Shown: positions 1-12,310 of the stretch, one piece after another
Position numbering within the stretch: the first letter of the stretch is position 1
Layout: each line of letters opens with the position of its first letter
Origin: Octopus sinensis
Taxonomy: Eukaryota
NCBI RefSeq assembly: GCF_006345805.1
Contig: NW_021832432.1
Span: forward strand, 310,001-374,000
Direction of reading: 5' to 3'
Length of the DNA stretch: 64,000 nucleotides
Made by a program: the position numbers and the translations under genes
Notes under the pieces: model-generated
Told to the model about the DNA's origin: nothing
Databases searched by the model: none
Seen by the model: only the letters and a program-made list of their open reading frames with translations

Positions 1-19
1 TAGAATGCATGTATTGTTG

Positions 20-240
20 TAGTTGCTGTTGTTGTTTAACCCTAGGGTAACCTTGTTCAAGTAAGACTTACGATCAAAGTGTTCCAACTATTATCATTTC
101 AGCTTGTTTTCTAGCACAGTGTAAGGACTACATTAACCATTGTATCATTTTTGAAGATGATAGTGTAGATCAAGACAGATTTTGCTGTTATTTCTAGCAG
201 GTCAAATAACCATATAGAGAATCCCTTGTTAGCTCATATC
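20..240. repeat. Unclassified interspersed repeat (family E); related copies near 10910-11100, 12880-13040 (inverted), 47995-48175, 62995-63260
   Basis: Shared motifs gttgtttaaccc..gatcaaag..ttccaac..gctgttatttctagcagg..ccttgttagctc recur at these loci. Confidence 0.6.
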
Positions 241-308
241 ATTGTTGGTGAGTGATAAGACTATAAAAGACAAGCAAGAGGTCAGGAGTATTCATAGAAA
301 GATTAATG

Positions 309-946
309 CAGGATAATCTTCTTTCAGATAGGATGAAACATTTACCATCTTTGTTAGGAATGAAGTAAATCTATCTCATTAAAAAAAAATTTAATTTTGA
401 GTGATTTTTGTTACAATATAAAATATTTTTGAATCTTTGGTCTAAATTTCTCTTCTTAGACAATCATGTCAGGATTGTCTTCTTTCAGATAGGATGAAAC
501 ATTTACCATCTTTGTTAGGAATGAAGTAAATCTATCTCATTAAAAAAAAAAGATTTAATTTTGAGTGATTTTTGTTACAATATAAAATATTTTTGAATCT
601 TTGGTCTAAATTTCTCTTTTTAGACAATCTCAGGATTGTCTTCTTTCAGATAGGATAAAACATTTACCATCTTTGTTAGGAATGAAGTAAATCTATCTCA
701 TTAAAAAAAAAATTTAATTTTGAGTGATTTTTGTTACAATATAAAATATTTTTGAATCTTTGGTTTAAATTTCTCTTTTTAGACAATCTCAGGATTGTCT
801 TCTTTCAGATAGGATAAAACATTTACCATCTTTGTTAGGAATGAAGTAAATCTATCTCATTAAAAAAAAAAAAAAGATTTAATTTTGAGTGATTTTTGTT
901 ACAATATAAAATATTTTTGAATCTTCGGTCTAAATTTCTCTTTTTT
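309..946. repeat. Tandem repeat, 4 copies of about 160 bp, abutting an exon acceptor
   Basis: Units start at 309, 470, 631 and 790 (caggat..tcttctttcagataggatgaaacatttaccatc..ctaaatttctcttttt), near identical. Confidence 0.95.
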
Positions 947-955
947 GTTATTCAG

Positions 956-1112
956 ATTACAAAAACTCAAACATAAGGTTTCTGTTAATAAATGGAATTT
1001 CATCAAGACAAAATGTAACTACTTACATTATCAAGCCGTTGCTGATTTTATCGATCAGTCTATACAAGAAATTGATGGTGAACCCCCACCTGCTATACCA
1101 CACTTAGATTTT
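956..1112 (+). CDS. Fer: Fer exon: end of FX coiled-coil region (LQKLKHKVSVNKWNFIKTKC...IQEIDGEPPPAIPHLDF)
   Basis: ttattcag|...TTT|gtaagt; DGEPPPA resembles the DGKEPPP segment of vertebrate Fer; ends in phase 0. Confidence 0.85.
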
Positions 1113-1432
1113 GTAAGTACAGACAATCTTGTTTTTATTTTATCATTACTTTACCATAGCAATAACTCTATGGCACCAAAGATTAGATACCCTCTAATTT
1201 TAGCAGCTCATTTTCAGGAAAAAATGTTTATAGTGCATTAAAATATGTAATATTTTTTAAGGTGGCAAGCTGTACATTTTGCTCACTGGGCAAAATGTAC
1301 AGTAGCTTTTCATCAATCTTTATGTTCTAGGTTCAAAATATGCCATGGTCGACTTAGCCTTGGAAATGTATGGAAATGCTATAAAGTAGTAGTAATAATC
1401 AAAAGATTTACATGTTTCTACTTTATTTGCCA

Positions 1433-1841
1433 CTAGCTTAAAAGCTGCACTCCATGTGGGCTTTTAAGCTAGCTCCTGCGGAAATCTAATTGGGCCTGTG
1501 GCCCAAAACTGGAGAGAGCAATAATAATAAAGCATTTATTGGTACCCTTCCAATATAGGGTTACTTTAAATTGAGTCTGAATGAGAATCTTGTAAGTTCT
1601 CAAATTTTGGGAGTTCTTTTAAAATTTGAATTTTCAACTGTTAGTGTATAACAAAGTATAGCAAATCCTCATCCAGACCTGATCCCAATGCTGGATGTTC
1701 AAGAACCAAATGAAGGGCAGATTTTCAAACCTGGGATCATCCTGATTCCCAAAAGTTGTAACATGTCTATGTAGAGCAAATGTAGACTAAGATACAGAGG
1801 TCCCGAGCAGACAGACAGAATTTTGTGTTTATTATTATAGA
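1433..1841 (-). mobile_element. Non-autonomous Helitron
   Basis: Minus strand begins A|TCTATAATAATAAA and ends with a hairpin ..cttttaagCTAG|T (13-bp stem 1433-1445/1460-1472). Confidence 0.6.
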
Positions 1842-2269
1842 TTAAAGCTTTGCACTTTACGTTAAATGATTTTTCTAGTAAGAAAGTGTTTTACAGTGAT
1901 ATGGTGCTAACTTGAAACCAACACCACTTGAATTTATTCAGGACAGTCTGGAAGTAAAAGTCTTCCACAATGAACAGTTACTAGCCTTTGATCATGAACA
2001 TATGACTGCTGAGGAAAATACTTCTGCTCTAATCGAGATACCAATTAGATGTGCATAGTCTTAATGTCATGTTAAGCATTAAATTTTCACAACCAACTGA
2101 AGCAGTGTTCCCCTTGCTTATAGGTTGCAACTGATAGTGACCAAAGATACTACTGCCTCTGTCCAGGGCCCCTTATATCTATACATACTAATTATGTCTT
2201 TGACTCTGTCCAGCTGTGTTAATATCTCATATTAGAAGCATAATTTATAGATCTTTATCTATAATTATT

Positions 2270-2592
2270 CATTATATATATACACATGCACACGCATATA
2301 TGTATATGTATATATTTATGTCCATACGTGTGCATATATATGTATTTGGGAAAAATTTGTATGTGTATATCATGTTTATATATGTATATATGTATGTATA
2401 TGCACTTATATATGTATATATATGTATGCATGTATATGTATATATACATATATATATATACTCATACATATGTATATATATATATACATATATACATACA
2501 TATATATATACATAATATATACATACATATATATATATATATATATATGTATGTATATATACATACACATATATATATATATACATACACAC

Positions 2593-2640
<48 letters not shown>

Positions 2641-2652
2641 CATACACATATA

Positions 2653-2716
<64 letters not shown>

Positions 2717-2750
2717 ATACATATATATATATTATATATATATATATAAT
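2270..2750. repeat. (TA)n/(TATG)n/(TACA)n microsatellite block
   Basis: Direct reading; source of the YIYI ORFs. Confidence 0.95.
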
Positions 2751-3142
2751 GTAATATTAATCTTTCTATGGATTTGTTTACATATTAATCACTTATTAAT
2801 CTTTTTTTTTCTTTTTCTTGTTTCAGCTTTTAAAAAATGTCAGCAATTTTATTACTAAATTAGAGCATACAATTTTGAATTTTGACAGAAAAATATGGAT
2901 ATTCTATTTCTGATATTTTCAAAAATTCTTCTAATTTATTTATTTATTTTTTAAGAACTGCCGTACTTTAGCTTATGTAAACCAAAACATTTAAATGATT
3001 CTGTAAAATTCCACTGCAGGTGGTTGAAAACCAAATCAAAATTTGCTCGTTTCAAATTGTGTTACCTGACTCAAAATAACACTCATCTCATTTGTATTCA
3101 TATTTATATCATTTGTTGCCCATTTTTTGCATTTATTTCCAG

Positions 3143-3274
3143 GATCCATCATGTTTGCAAGTTGGCTCTGGGGCTACATTGCTTAAAAAATTTAATTCCA
3201 TGCCTAATACATTAAGGAGGTTTGCTAGTCGAAGTACTTTGTTCAATATGAGTACAATAGATTACTCAGCAGAG
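3143..3274 (+). CDS. Fer: Candidate Fer linker exon A (DPSCLQVGSGATLLKKFNSMPNTLRRFASRSTLFNMSTIDYSAE)
   Basis: ttttttgcatttatttccag|GAT...GAG|gtaggt; 132 nt, open, phase 0/0; KKFNSMPNTL loosely resembles the vertebrate Fer linker SKFESIRHSI. Confidence 0.65.
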
Positions 3275-4599
3275 GTAGGTACTGGAAATGGAGGCAACTT
3301 GCATGATATCCTCAATTAGAATTACGTTCTGAGAAGCCTGCCTCTTCTAATATCTTTCATCTGCCAAGCGAATGGTAGGGAATCTCAATTTGAAATATTA
3401 ACTGCTTACTGTTAATGGATTGTAGGTCAAAGCCAAAATGTGATTCTAACTGAATTTTTGAATAATTTTTAAATAAACTTTGCTTGAAGTTGATCGTGCA
3501 GAGGAAATTTTAAAAAAATAATAATAAATATAAACTTGACAAAATATACCTTTGAATGTTTTGGTGTTATGTAACCAACAATATTAACTGCAAGTAACTA
3601 CAAGCTGAGAATTAAACGAATGGACTTGTTAAAATCAATTAATATCAATGATTTCGATGTGTTAACAGCTTTACTGGAGTTCTGTAACAAGTTGAACACT
3701 ATAACTCTCTGTTGTTTCATTTCTTATCTGTTTCTTCTGTGTGAAGACAGATTGCTAATAGTAACAACCTTTTTAAAAAGCAGCTGCTCAGACTACATAT
3801 AGTTGTGCTGTCTTTTACATAGCCTCTAGCTGCTTTGCCTGAAATCCTGTTATGAGATGGACTCTCAATGAGGTTAAATTACTACTACTGATGTTATTTT
3901 CTGTTATTTGTTATTAGTGCTGCTAACTAACATCTTCATTCTTTATTTTTCTCTTGGGATTATTTTTTTTTTTTTAGTTACTTTTCAAAACTTTTTTGAA
4001 ATACAAACATTAACATGTGAGTCTTTAAATAATTAAGAAATAAGATTATCAGCAGACAGGTATATTTCAAAACTGGAAGAATATTTTAGCAAAAAGCCCT
4101 TTAGCTACATCTGATACGACTCTAACAAAGCATTGTAACCAGGCAGATCTGGTTGCAGCTCTTGATAGTATCCATGGTTGCAGCTCTTGGTTGCAGCTCT
4201 TGATAGTATCCATGTTAAACTCCTGCTGCTACTTGACCCAGTAAGGTTCACTGCAACCATTATAAGGGTGTTATATGATATGAATAGGACATCTAATATG
4301 AGAGAAACCCATGAGGTATGAAGTTGGTATTTCTTGTAGAAATATATATATATATATAGAGAGCAGCACACCTGCTTCTTCCCTCATTCTTGATCACTCT
4401 CTCTCCCTCTCCTCTTGCTTTTCCCTATGGCTGGTTATTCTAACCTTTCGTCATCCGACACAAGATTACCTCCTCCAATGCCCCTGCCGCTATAGCAAAA
4501 CACCTGTTTCTGCTTCCCTGTACTTTCTGTCAGACTCTTATCTTTCATCATTTGATACAAGATCCCCTCCTCAAATGCCCCTGCCCCTCTCAAAATTCC

Positions 4600-4915
4600 T
4601 TGTCTTGCAAGTTACTTGGTGACCCTGCCAGTGCTGGTACCTCATAAAAAGCATCCAGTCCACACTGTTAAGTGCTTGGCATTTGGAAGGGCCTCCAGCT
4701 GTAAAAGCCATGCCAAAACTGATCTTGCCTGTGCTGGTGCCACGTAAAAATCATTCAGTCTTCTCTGCAGAGTGGTTGGTGTTAGAAGGACATCCAGCTG
4801 TAAAAGCCATGCCAAAACAGACACAGTGGCCTGGCATAGTCTTCTATCAGGTTGACTCCTGTCAAACTGTCCAACCCATACCTGCACAGTAGATGGATAT
4901 TAAATGATGATGATG
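4600..4915 (+). mobile_element. SINE-like element family C with (GAT)n tail; other copies near 6670-6800, 29920-30060, 30990-31115, 42840-42940, 57714-58190 (minus)
   Basis: Recurring gtgctggtgccacgtaaaaa..ggttggtgttaggaagggcatccagctgtagaaa..gtccaacccat..gttaaatgatgatgat. Confidence 0.75.
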
Positions 4916-5160
4916 ATGGGTAATTCTTCACTGTTTGCTTCACTGAATGGTAATATTATCTGGAGTGTATATTCGCAATAATTATAACAGTAGAGAATGT
5001 GGAAACTGGTACATCCTCAAAATATATTTCCTTTTATTTTACAATGTCATACAGCATTTTGAGGATGTACCAGTCTCCATATTTTCTATCATTATAATTA
5101 TTGCTGATATACACTCCAGATAATATAACGATTCAGTGAAGCAAATATGGAATTACCCAT
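4916..5160. mobile_element. Fold-back MITE with about 105-bp inverted arms
   Basis: at|gggtaattc..ctggtacatcctcaaaat / attttgaggatgtaccag..gaattaccc|at. Confidence 0.8.
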
Positions 5161-5956
5161 TGGAAGAATTTACAGCGTGACAACTCATAATAGTCATAGA
5201 TGTTTAATACTAATCAGTGCAGTTAGCCGTAATCTGGAACATGACAGAGAGCTACCACAGTATCCGCTCAGATAATATATCCCTCTAAACTCACACAAAT
5301 GTATGCATAGTTTTTTATACCTTGTGGTATTTGTTCTGCTTGAGTTACACAAAAGCTCCCATGTCACACATGCTGTCATAAATACAGTGAATGTATGTTA
5401 GAAAACTGTAACCAATACTGCTATTGTTCACATATTGTGATAGAAATATAAATAAATAACCTTAGCCATCATTGCTTGGGCTTGTAAACAATCAATCAAA
5501 ACTATACTAGTGCCATTTGTATGTCCAACATTCTGGATAGGAAAACGTGAGATTGAAAACAGTTTATTTATTTATTTATTCGATGAGTCACTACTGTTTA
5601 ATCTTTATTGTAGCCATACAGTGCTAAAATTTAGAATTTCACATTTGTGATTCTCTTTTTTTAACCCTTTTATCGCTATATCCCGGTTGAAATTCTATAT
5701 ATTGAATAAAATATGAAAATATTTTGAGGAACATAGATTAAATGACTCTATAGAAACTAATGTGCAACCAAAGAATAGATGTAAATTCTTGGTTTCTTTT
5801 GCATATACAGAAGCAGATGGCATTTTACTGAGTTTTTTTTTTTTTTCCAGAATTTTCTTGTCTTTAATTTTTATTTTCTATCTTTTTTCTCTCTTTCTCT
5901 CTCCCCTTTAGCAGCTCAATTTTTAAGGAATTACTGGAATGGTGCATCAATTTATT

Positions 5957-6124
5957 TATCGTATTTTAACATGTATAAGGAACCCTTTTTTGTCAAAGAT
6001 TAGATTTAAAAAATATAAGAGTTTCTCATACATGGATAGTATTATAATCCCTTACAAAACCTTTTTTTCCAAATTTTAAAACCCTGTAATTAGGGGGTTC
6101 CTTATACATGTTAAAATATGGTAA
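5957..6124. mobile_element. Small MITE, Tc2/Tc1-mariner-like termini
   Basis: TIRs tatcgtattttaacatgtataaggaaccc / gggttccttatacatgttaaaatatggta. Confidence 0.65.
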
Positions 6125-7213
6125 TTTTTATTCTTTCTGCCACAGAAAATTTCATGCTATGACCGTTTTCTCAAAAGAAAGCATTGTCTGCAAGTGTGCA
6201 TGTGAATCATTTTTTAGATGAAGGTTTTGTCTCTTCCGAAATACTGCACGAAGCTGCAGTTGATTCACTACAACAATATTACTGCTGCATTTGATAATAT
6301 TTATTTTTTTTCAGATATAATCTCTATTTTGCATTATTAGGTCATCAAGTGTGTATCTGATGTACATAGCATGTATTGCGTAGTTTTATAATGTTTGTAC
6401 TAATACATTAACAAGTATGTGTGTGTGTGTGAGTGTTGTATGGATGCAGCATGGCCACATAGTTCAAATGTTTGCTTCATAATCAAGTGCCTTTATTACC
6501 AAAAAAAAAAAAAGGAGAATGCTCTGAGTTTTCATCTACTTAGAAATGTAGGGATATTAAGAGAGAGAGGTGCAATTCTTAGTAGTACTAATTTAGCTAG
6601 CTTTGTGTTCCATTGTGTGTTTGTATATGTGTGTGTACATGTGTGTGCATGCACACACACACACATAAGATCTGTGGGTAAAAAAGTCCCTGACTTGAAA
6701 ACAAGTCAGAGTTGGCAACATATCCATCCATAAAATCCAACTTCAAAATCAATTCTCATCCAAATCATACTTGGATGGAAAAACGAATGTTAAAAATGTT
6801 AAATGAGCAAAAAAAAAAAAAACCCAGGTCACACACATAAACAAACACACAAAGAATATAGAACAACTTCAAAGTGCTCAAAACACATTTGTGTTACTGG
6901 GTGTAGATTCTAACATATGGATGTATAGCTGACTAAACCATGGAAACCAAATCAAAATGTCTTGCTAGTTTTTAGTAGTTCCGTAGTATCATTTAAATAT
7001 TCCTAAATTTTAGTTAAAATGAGTGACTAGTAGTGCAATGTTTTTTGTTGGGTGCTTTTTTTAAAATTTTGGTTTTTTATATAATTTATTCAGAAAAGGA
7101 ATAGCAACATCCATGACCTTTTTCCTGGGTTTTACTTCCCTGTCCACTCCTGTTGTTGTGATAATGGTTTTAGCTCTTCAGAACTAACTCCCTAAACTGG
7201 CCCTTCTCTAGAC

Positions 7214-7540
7214 CAGTGGTTCTCAACAGATGTTCATATGACATTGTGGGTCTCAGCTGGGGTCCATAACATTGTTGGTGTCCATGTAACAAAATAGTAA
7301 ATTGGGGATCACAATAGTATTTTAAGGACCCCTGCAAAAAATTTTGCTTTAGATGTATGCATTGGTATGTGTTGCAAGAAAAAACTAGGTTTCTTTCTCT
7401 AACATTTTACATAGTTCAACTTAGATGAGTTAATTCGGGAAAAACAAAAGAAAAATTTTTGACTGGCTATGAGGTTCCACCAGAATAAATTGTAATCAAA
7501 GGGGTCCTTAGATAAAATAAAAAATGGTTGAGAATCCTTG
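7214..7540. mobile_element. hAT-type MITE
   Basis: TIRs cagtggttctcaac / gttgagaatccttg; 8-bp TSD ctctagac / ctgtagac. Confidence 0.75.
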
Positions 7541-8095
7541 CTGTAGACCCTGCACTGTACATTTTTTGAAACTCCTTTTTTAATGGCTTAGTCAGTGGAA
7601 AAAGAGCAGTGTTGATGATCCTGGTGGGACCAAAGAAAGACATTATCCTTAGACTGGAGACCTACCCTGTTTACTTGCAACAATCATTCAGGGAGTTAAA
7701 GCAGGTGACAGATGAAGTCTATTGTCCTAAAACAAGAATGGGCCTACTGACAGGCCTCCACATACTTTATGGTTGTAAAATTTGCCCTACAAAACTGTGG
7801 TTGCTTTGATGCTATGCTAGAAGGCATTTGTCCAAATTGTGGCATCATGAGATTGAATTCAAACCCATGCACTTGTGGAGCAAACTTCTTAACTCCGCGG
7901 CAGTGTTTGCACTTGATAATATCTGCCTGGATTGCAATATACTCTGCCCTCATTTTCCTTGTGGGTGATGATTTACAGAAGTTCAAATTGAAACATAATC
8001 ACATCAGTCTCTAGAAGACTTAATATTATTATTTAAATATTTTTAGTGTAAGAAATCTTCTTCTTCTTCATCATCATCATAATAATAATAAATTG

Positions 8096-8311
8096 TAAGG
8101 TGGTAAGCTGGCAGAATCATTAGCACTCTGGGGAAAATGCTTAGCAGTATTTCATCTGTCCTTATGTTGTGCATTCAAATTCCACTGAGGTTGACTTTGC
8201 CTTTCATCCTTTCGGGGGTCAATAAAATAAGTACCAGTTGAACACTGGGGTCAATGTAATGACTTACCCCTCCCCCCAAAATTACTGGCCTTGTGCTAAA
8301 ATTTCAAACCA

Positions 8312-8395
<84 letters not shown>

Positions 8396-9860
8396 CATTA
8401 TTATTTTAATTATTGAGTGAGAGAGCAGTGCATGCCATCAAAGTGACACTGGGGTAAAATATACAAAGCCCAGTATACCCATCATGACTACCCATCTGAT
8501 AAGGGTACACCAGGCACATGCATCACAGCCAAATATGTGTAACATGGTAATCTCATATCAAGATAAACAGTGCATGACCTTGCAGGTGGGGCCCAGTTAG
8601 AATTTTCTTCTGGTCGAGTAACCCATCCCGCTCAAGAGGTCCCTGAATAAGGGTTGTTTAAGGATGTTGAATGAAACACCCATTTTTCCAGAAGTGAATT
8701 ATTCAAACTTCTAAGAATTCCTTCCAGCACACGGCTATGATGCTCCCCAACTACTTCTGCTCGTGATCAAAGATGCACATATCGTCAGCCACTAAGGGCA
8801 TGCTCAACTGGTCATGGTCAAACAACTGAGAAACAAATCTGTGGTATTGATCAGAATATTTGCTACAGCCCATCTTTTATACCAAGACAAAACAATGTAC
8901 ATGATAACATTTACAATCAGTTAAGATCAGCAGCCACGAGAGCCATGCATCAGGGCATTTATTATTATTATTGTTATTATAAAAATTGTAAGGTTGCAAG
9001 CTGGCAGAATCATTAGCAGGCCAGGTAAAATACTTAGTGGCATACATCCAATTGTACATTCTGAGTTCCAATTTTGCCAGGGTTGATTTTGCCTTTCATC
9101 TTTCTGGGGTCAATAAAATATGTACCGGTTGAGTTCTGGGTCAATGTAATCAACTTACCCCTCCCCCGAAATTGCTGGCCTTGTGCCAAAATTTGAAGCC
9201 ATTATTATTTTAAATTGTAATGGGAGTATAGGGGATTGATCAAATTATAAGAATAGTGGACAACATACCTTACTGTATTCATTCCGTCTCTTTCCTTTCT
9301 GGGTTCAGATTCTGCTGAGGTCAACTTTAATTCTCTTGGCGTCAGTAAAATATAATACCAATGAAATACTGAGGTAGATTTCATCAACTGGTCCCCTCTT
9401 CACAGTTTTTGCCTATGTTAGAAATAATTATTAATTGCAAAAGATTGTGGATGTTAAAAGTAGGAGAATGCCAGATCAAATTTTTTGTGGTGGTTACTTG
9501 TCTTTTTATTACATGATTTCATGTCTCAATGACGCTGACAATGTTCTTTTTTTTTTTTTTTGTCCCTAGGGTAGCGATAAATAATATTAATCAAATACTG
9601 AGAGAAATAATATTAATAATAATTATTATCATTGTTATTGTTAAGGTGGCAAGCTGGCAGAATTGTTAGCACGCCGGACAAAATGCTGCTAAGCATTTCA
9701 TCTGTCTTTACATTCTGAGTTCAAATGCTACCAAGGTCAACTTTGCCTTTCATCCTTTTACGGTTGATAAAATAAGTACCAGTTGAGCACTGGGGATCAA
9801 TGTGCTAGGCTTACTCCCTCCCCTGAAATCCTGGCCTTGTGCCAACATTTGAGACCAATA
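8096..9860 (+). mobile_element. Cluster of tRNA-derived SINE family A copies (8096, 8989, about 9230, about 9440, 9643) with (ATT)n tails, plus an unclassified 560-bp repeat (8413-8960) inside the ATT tract
   Basis: ggtggtaagctggcagaatcattagc..gagttcaaattc..gactttgcctttcatcctttcggggtcaataaaataagtaccag..ggccttgtgccaaaatttgaa(att)n. Confidence 0.85.
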
Positions 9861-10177
9861 TTTTTATTAGTATCGTTAACAATTTCTTTAATATATTCAC
9901 TGATTGATATTTTTTATTTGTCACAATAATTATTTTAATTTAGACTCTTTTTCTAACCTTCAGAGATCAGGAAATTCTTTCCATTTATATTTTTTGTTTT
10001 TGCATTATGATTAATCATGCTTTTAACTTAACACAGCCTTCCAGGGAAAAAAAAAGAAAGAAAAGCCACATACTATTTTTAGTATGTTGAATGCTTATTC
10101 AAAAATCAAGTGAGAAAGTCTATTCTATAGATTCCTTTTTAAATGAAAGCTTAATTTCGCTGCTCTCACATGTTCAG

Positions 10178-10381
10178 GATGGCACTTCAATGGTATCAGC
10201 AAGTTCTTCACAAACAAAAGCCAGATGGAATATAACAAATATTTTCAAAAGTCTTGGTGGTAACGTGATTTCCACACCATCTCCAGATAACACTGAGAGC
10301 AAACAAAACCAAAACCAAAACCAGAAACAGAACTATGAAGAACAGTTTGATGTTAAGGGTGTTGAAGAATACAATGGAGAG
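10178..10381 (+). CDS. Fer: Candidate Fer linker exon B (DGTSMVSASSSQTKARWNITNIFKSLGG...YEEQFDVKGVEEYNGE)
   Basis: ctctcacatgttcag|GAT...GAG|gtgaga; 204 nt, open, phase 0/0; DGTSMVS resembles vertebrate DARSVTS, which follows EPPP. Confidence 0.75.
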
Positions 10382-11999
10382 GTGAGATTTCTATTTAAAA
10401 CCAAACCTTTTTCGAACTAGCTTTTACTGTCTGTCACATCACAATTGTTTCCATTTTGGTTGTTTCTTCTATTTATTTCAATTTAATTATTTTAAAATTA
10501 TTTCTTTATATATTAGTTATTCTCTCATTAATGTCAAGTTCACGAGGATCCAGTATTTTAGCCTTTGTTTTCGTTTTTGATTGGAGTCATTTTATTTCAT
10601 TTACACTGTTATAAAGATGTCTTGGGAAAGCACTTAAATATTTCAATCATTTTTGGGGAAAAAATTTTTTTAAATCTCCAGTTTTGGATCCATTTGAGAA
10701 TGTAATGATTTCTTTTACATATAAAGGGTTTCTTTTTTTTTCTGTTCTAAACATGCATGAAACTATAATGAGTCTATCTGAAAACATATATTTGGTTTAA
10801 AAAATTAATTATGATTAATTATCTGTATTTAAGAACAGTGCTTTAAGCAAATGTCTTGACTGAGTCAAATAAAGATGCAGTCTTTATTTATTAAGCTGTG
10901 ACACCTGTTATTCTTGTTTAGCTATGATTGAATAGAACTATAATCAAAGGCATTCCAAACACGACCATTTTGTCTTTCTAGATGTTTCCAGGATTACATA
11001 ATTTGATTATCCTTTCCAGAATATAATTTGGGGCAGATATGGCTACTATTTATAATAGGTTGACTATGTACAAACTTCCTTGTTGTTGGCTCATAAGGCG
11101 TGTTTGGAGTTCATCATTGTTATCATCAAATTATATCATAACAAGGAACTTTGCATTGTACAAGTCTATTGCCAAAGAATGCAGAAAAGTTGTTTAAAAA
11201 AAAGTTTGAAAAGAAAAATGGTGATGGTGGTGGTGGTTGCCGCCGTCGTCGTCATGGTTGTGGTGGTAGTCATTGTAGTAGTTGTTTCCTGCTAGTATCA
11301 GAGTACAATTTATGGAGGGGGGACCGTTTAAAAATGCCCTCATCCCATTTTAAGCTATTTGACATTATATGCTTTTTCTGGTGGAAAGAGGATTGGTAGA
11401 ATCAACTGAATGAGAGATAAAATGCCCTCTGGCATTTGGATGCATAGTTTTACGTTCTGAGTTCAAACTCTGTTGAGGTCAACTTTACCTTTCATCCTTC
11501 AGAGTAGGGAAACAGGTTTGATAAAATAAATACCCGTTGAGGGCTGATGTCAATGTAATCATCTTTACTTGTTCCTCACAGTTTAGGCCTTGTAATTTTG
11601 TTTGTAACTAATATTAGATACTTCGGAACAAATAAATGTAGTATGATTAATATATTCCGGCTTTATCCCATTCAAATATGGAATAAACTGGTTTGCTGTA
11701 AGGAAGAGAAATTATGTAGCATTTTAAGCAATGCTCTTCATTTATTATAACCTCTCACCCATCCCACCCCCTGATGAGGTGGGTACTGTCTTGTGGCCCA
11801 AAATCTATAGGTTGTATTAATTTAATCAACATCCTTAGGTCATTTTGCATATTGTGTCTCCATTTAAAGTATGGTCAGAAGATATGTCTGTTAATTGAAT
11901 AGACAAAGCTATATCCAAACTCACTTTCTATATAAACCTTCACTTTTATTTAGGTATTCATTATGTGGACATCATACATTCGGTGGTGAATGGATAGTT

Positions 12000-12310
12000 T
12001 TTGATTATATGATTGTAGTCGCTTGTAGTCCAAGGAAGACAGTCCTACAATTTCTTTCTATAGTCCTGCACGAATAATTTGTTTACAGTGATCAAAATTT
12101 TGTGTGATATAAGCTCACTTCCCCTCATCAAATTAACATTGCCTGAACAGGTGTATGGTGTACCACATGTCAGATGTTGAAGTGATTATAGAGTGGCATG
12201 AGATGTAGTGCTTTGCTCAAGAACACAATGCACCACATAGTTCAAGAGTTGAAACCACAGTCTCATGATTGTGGGTACAAACACCGTAACCACTAGGCCA
12301 TGTACACTCA
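12000..12310 (-). mobile_element. tRNA-derived SINE (family D-like), minus strand
   Basis: Reverse complement reads tggcctagtggttacggtg..gtggtttcaactc..tgtgttcttgagcaaagcact (A/B boxes plus CORE-like block). Confidence 0.65.

Noticed and set aside
1942-2058. ttattcag|GAC AGT CTG GAA.. open phase-0 stretch starting with Asp
   Set aside because: Poor pyrimidine tract; only a weak donor after 12 nt, otherwise ends in a stop
2216-2858. Long YIYI/MCVC ORFs on both strands (also 20384, 46571, 53501-54234)
   Set aside because: Translations of (TA)n/(CA)n microsatellites, not genes
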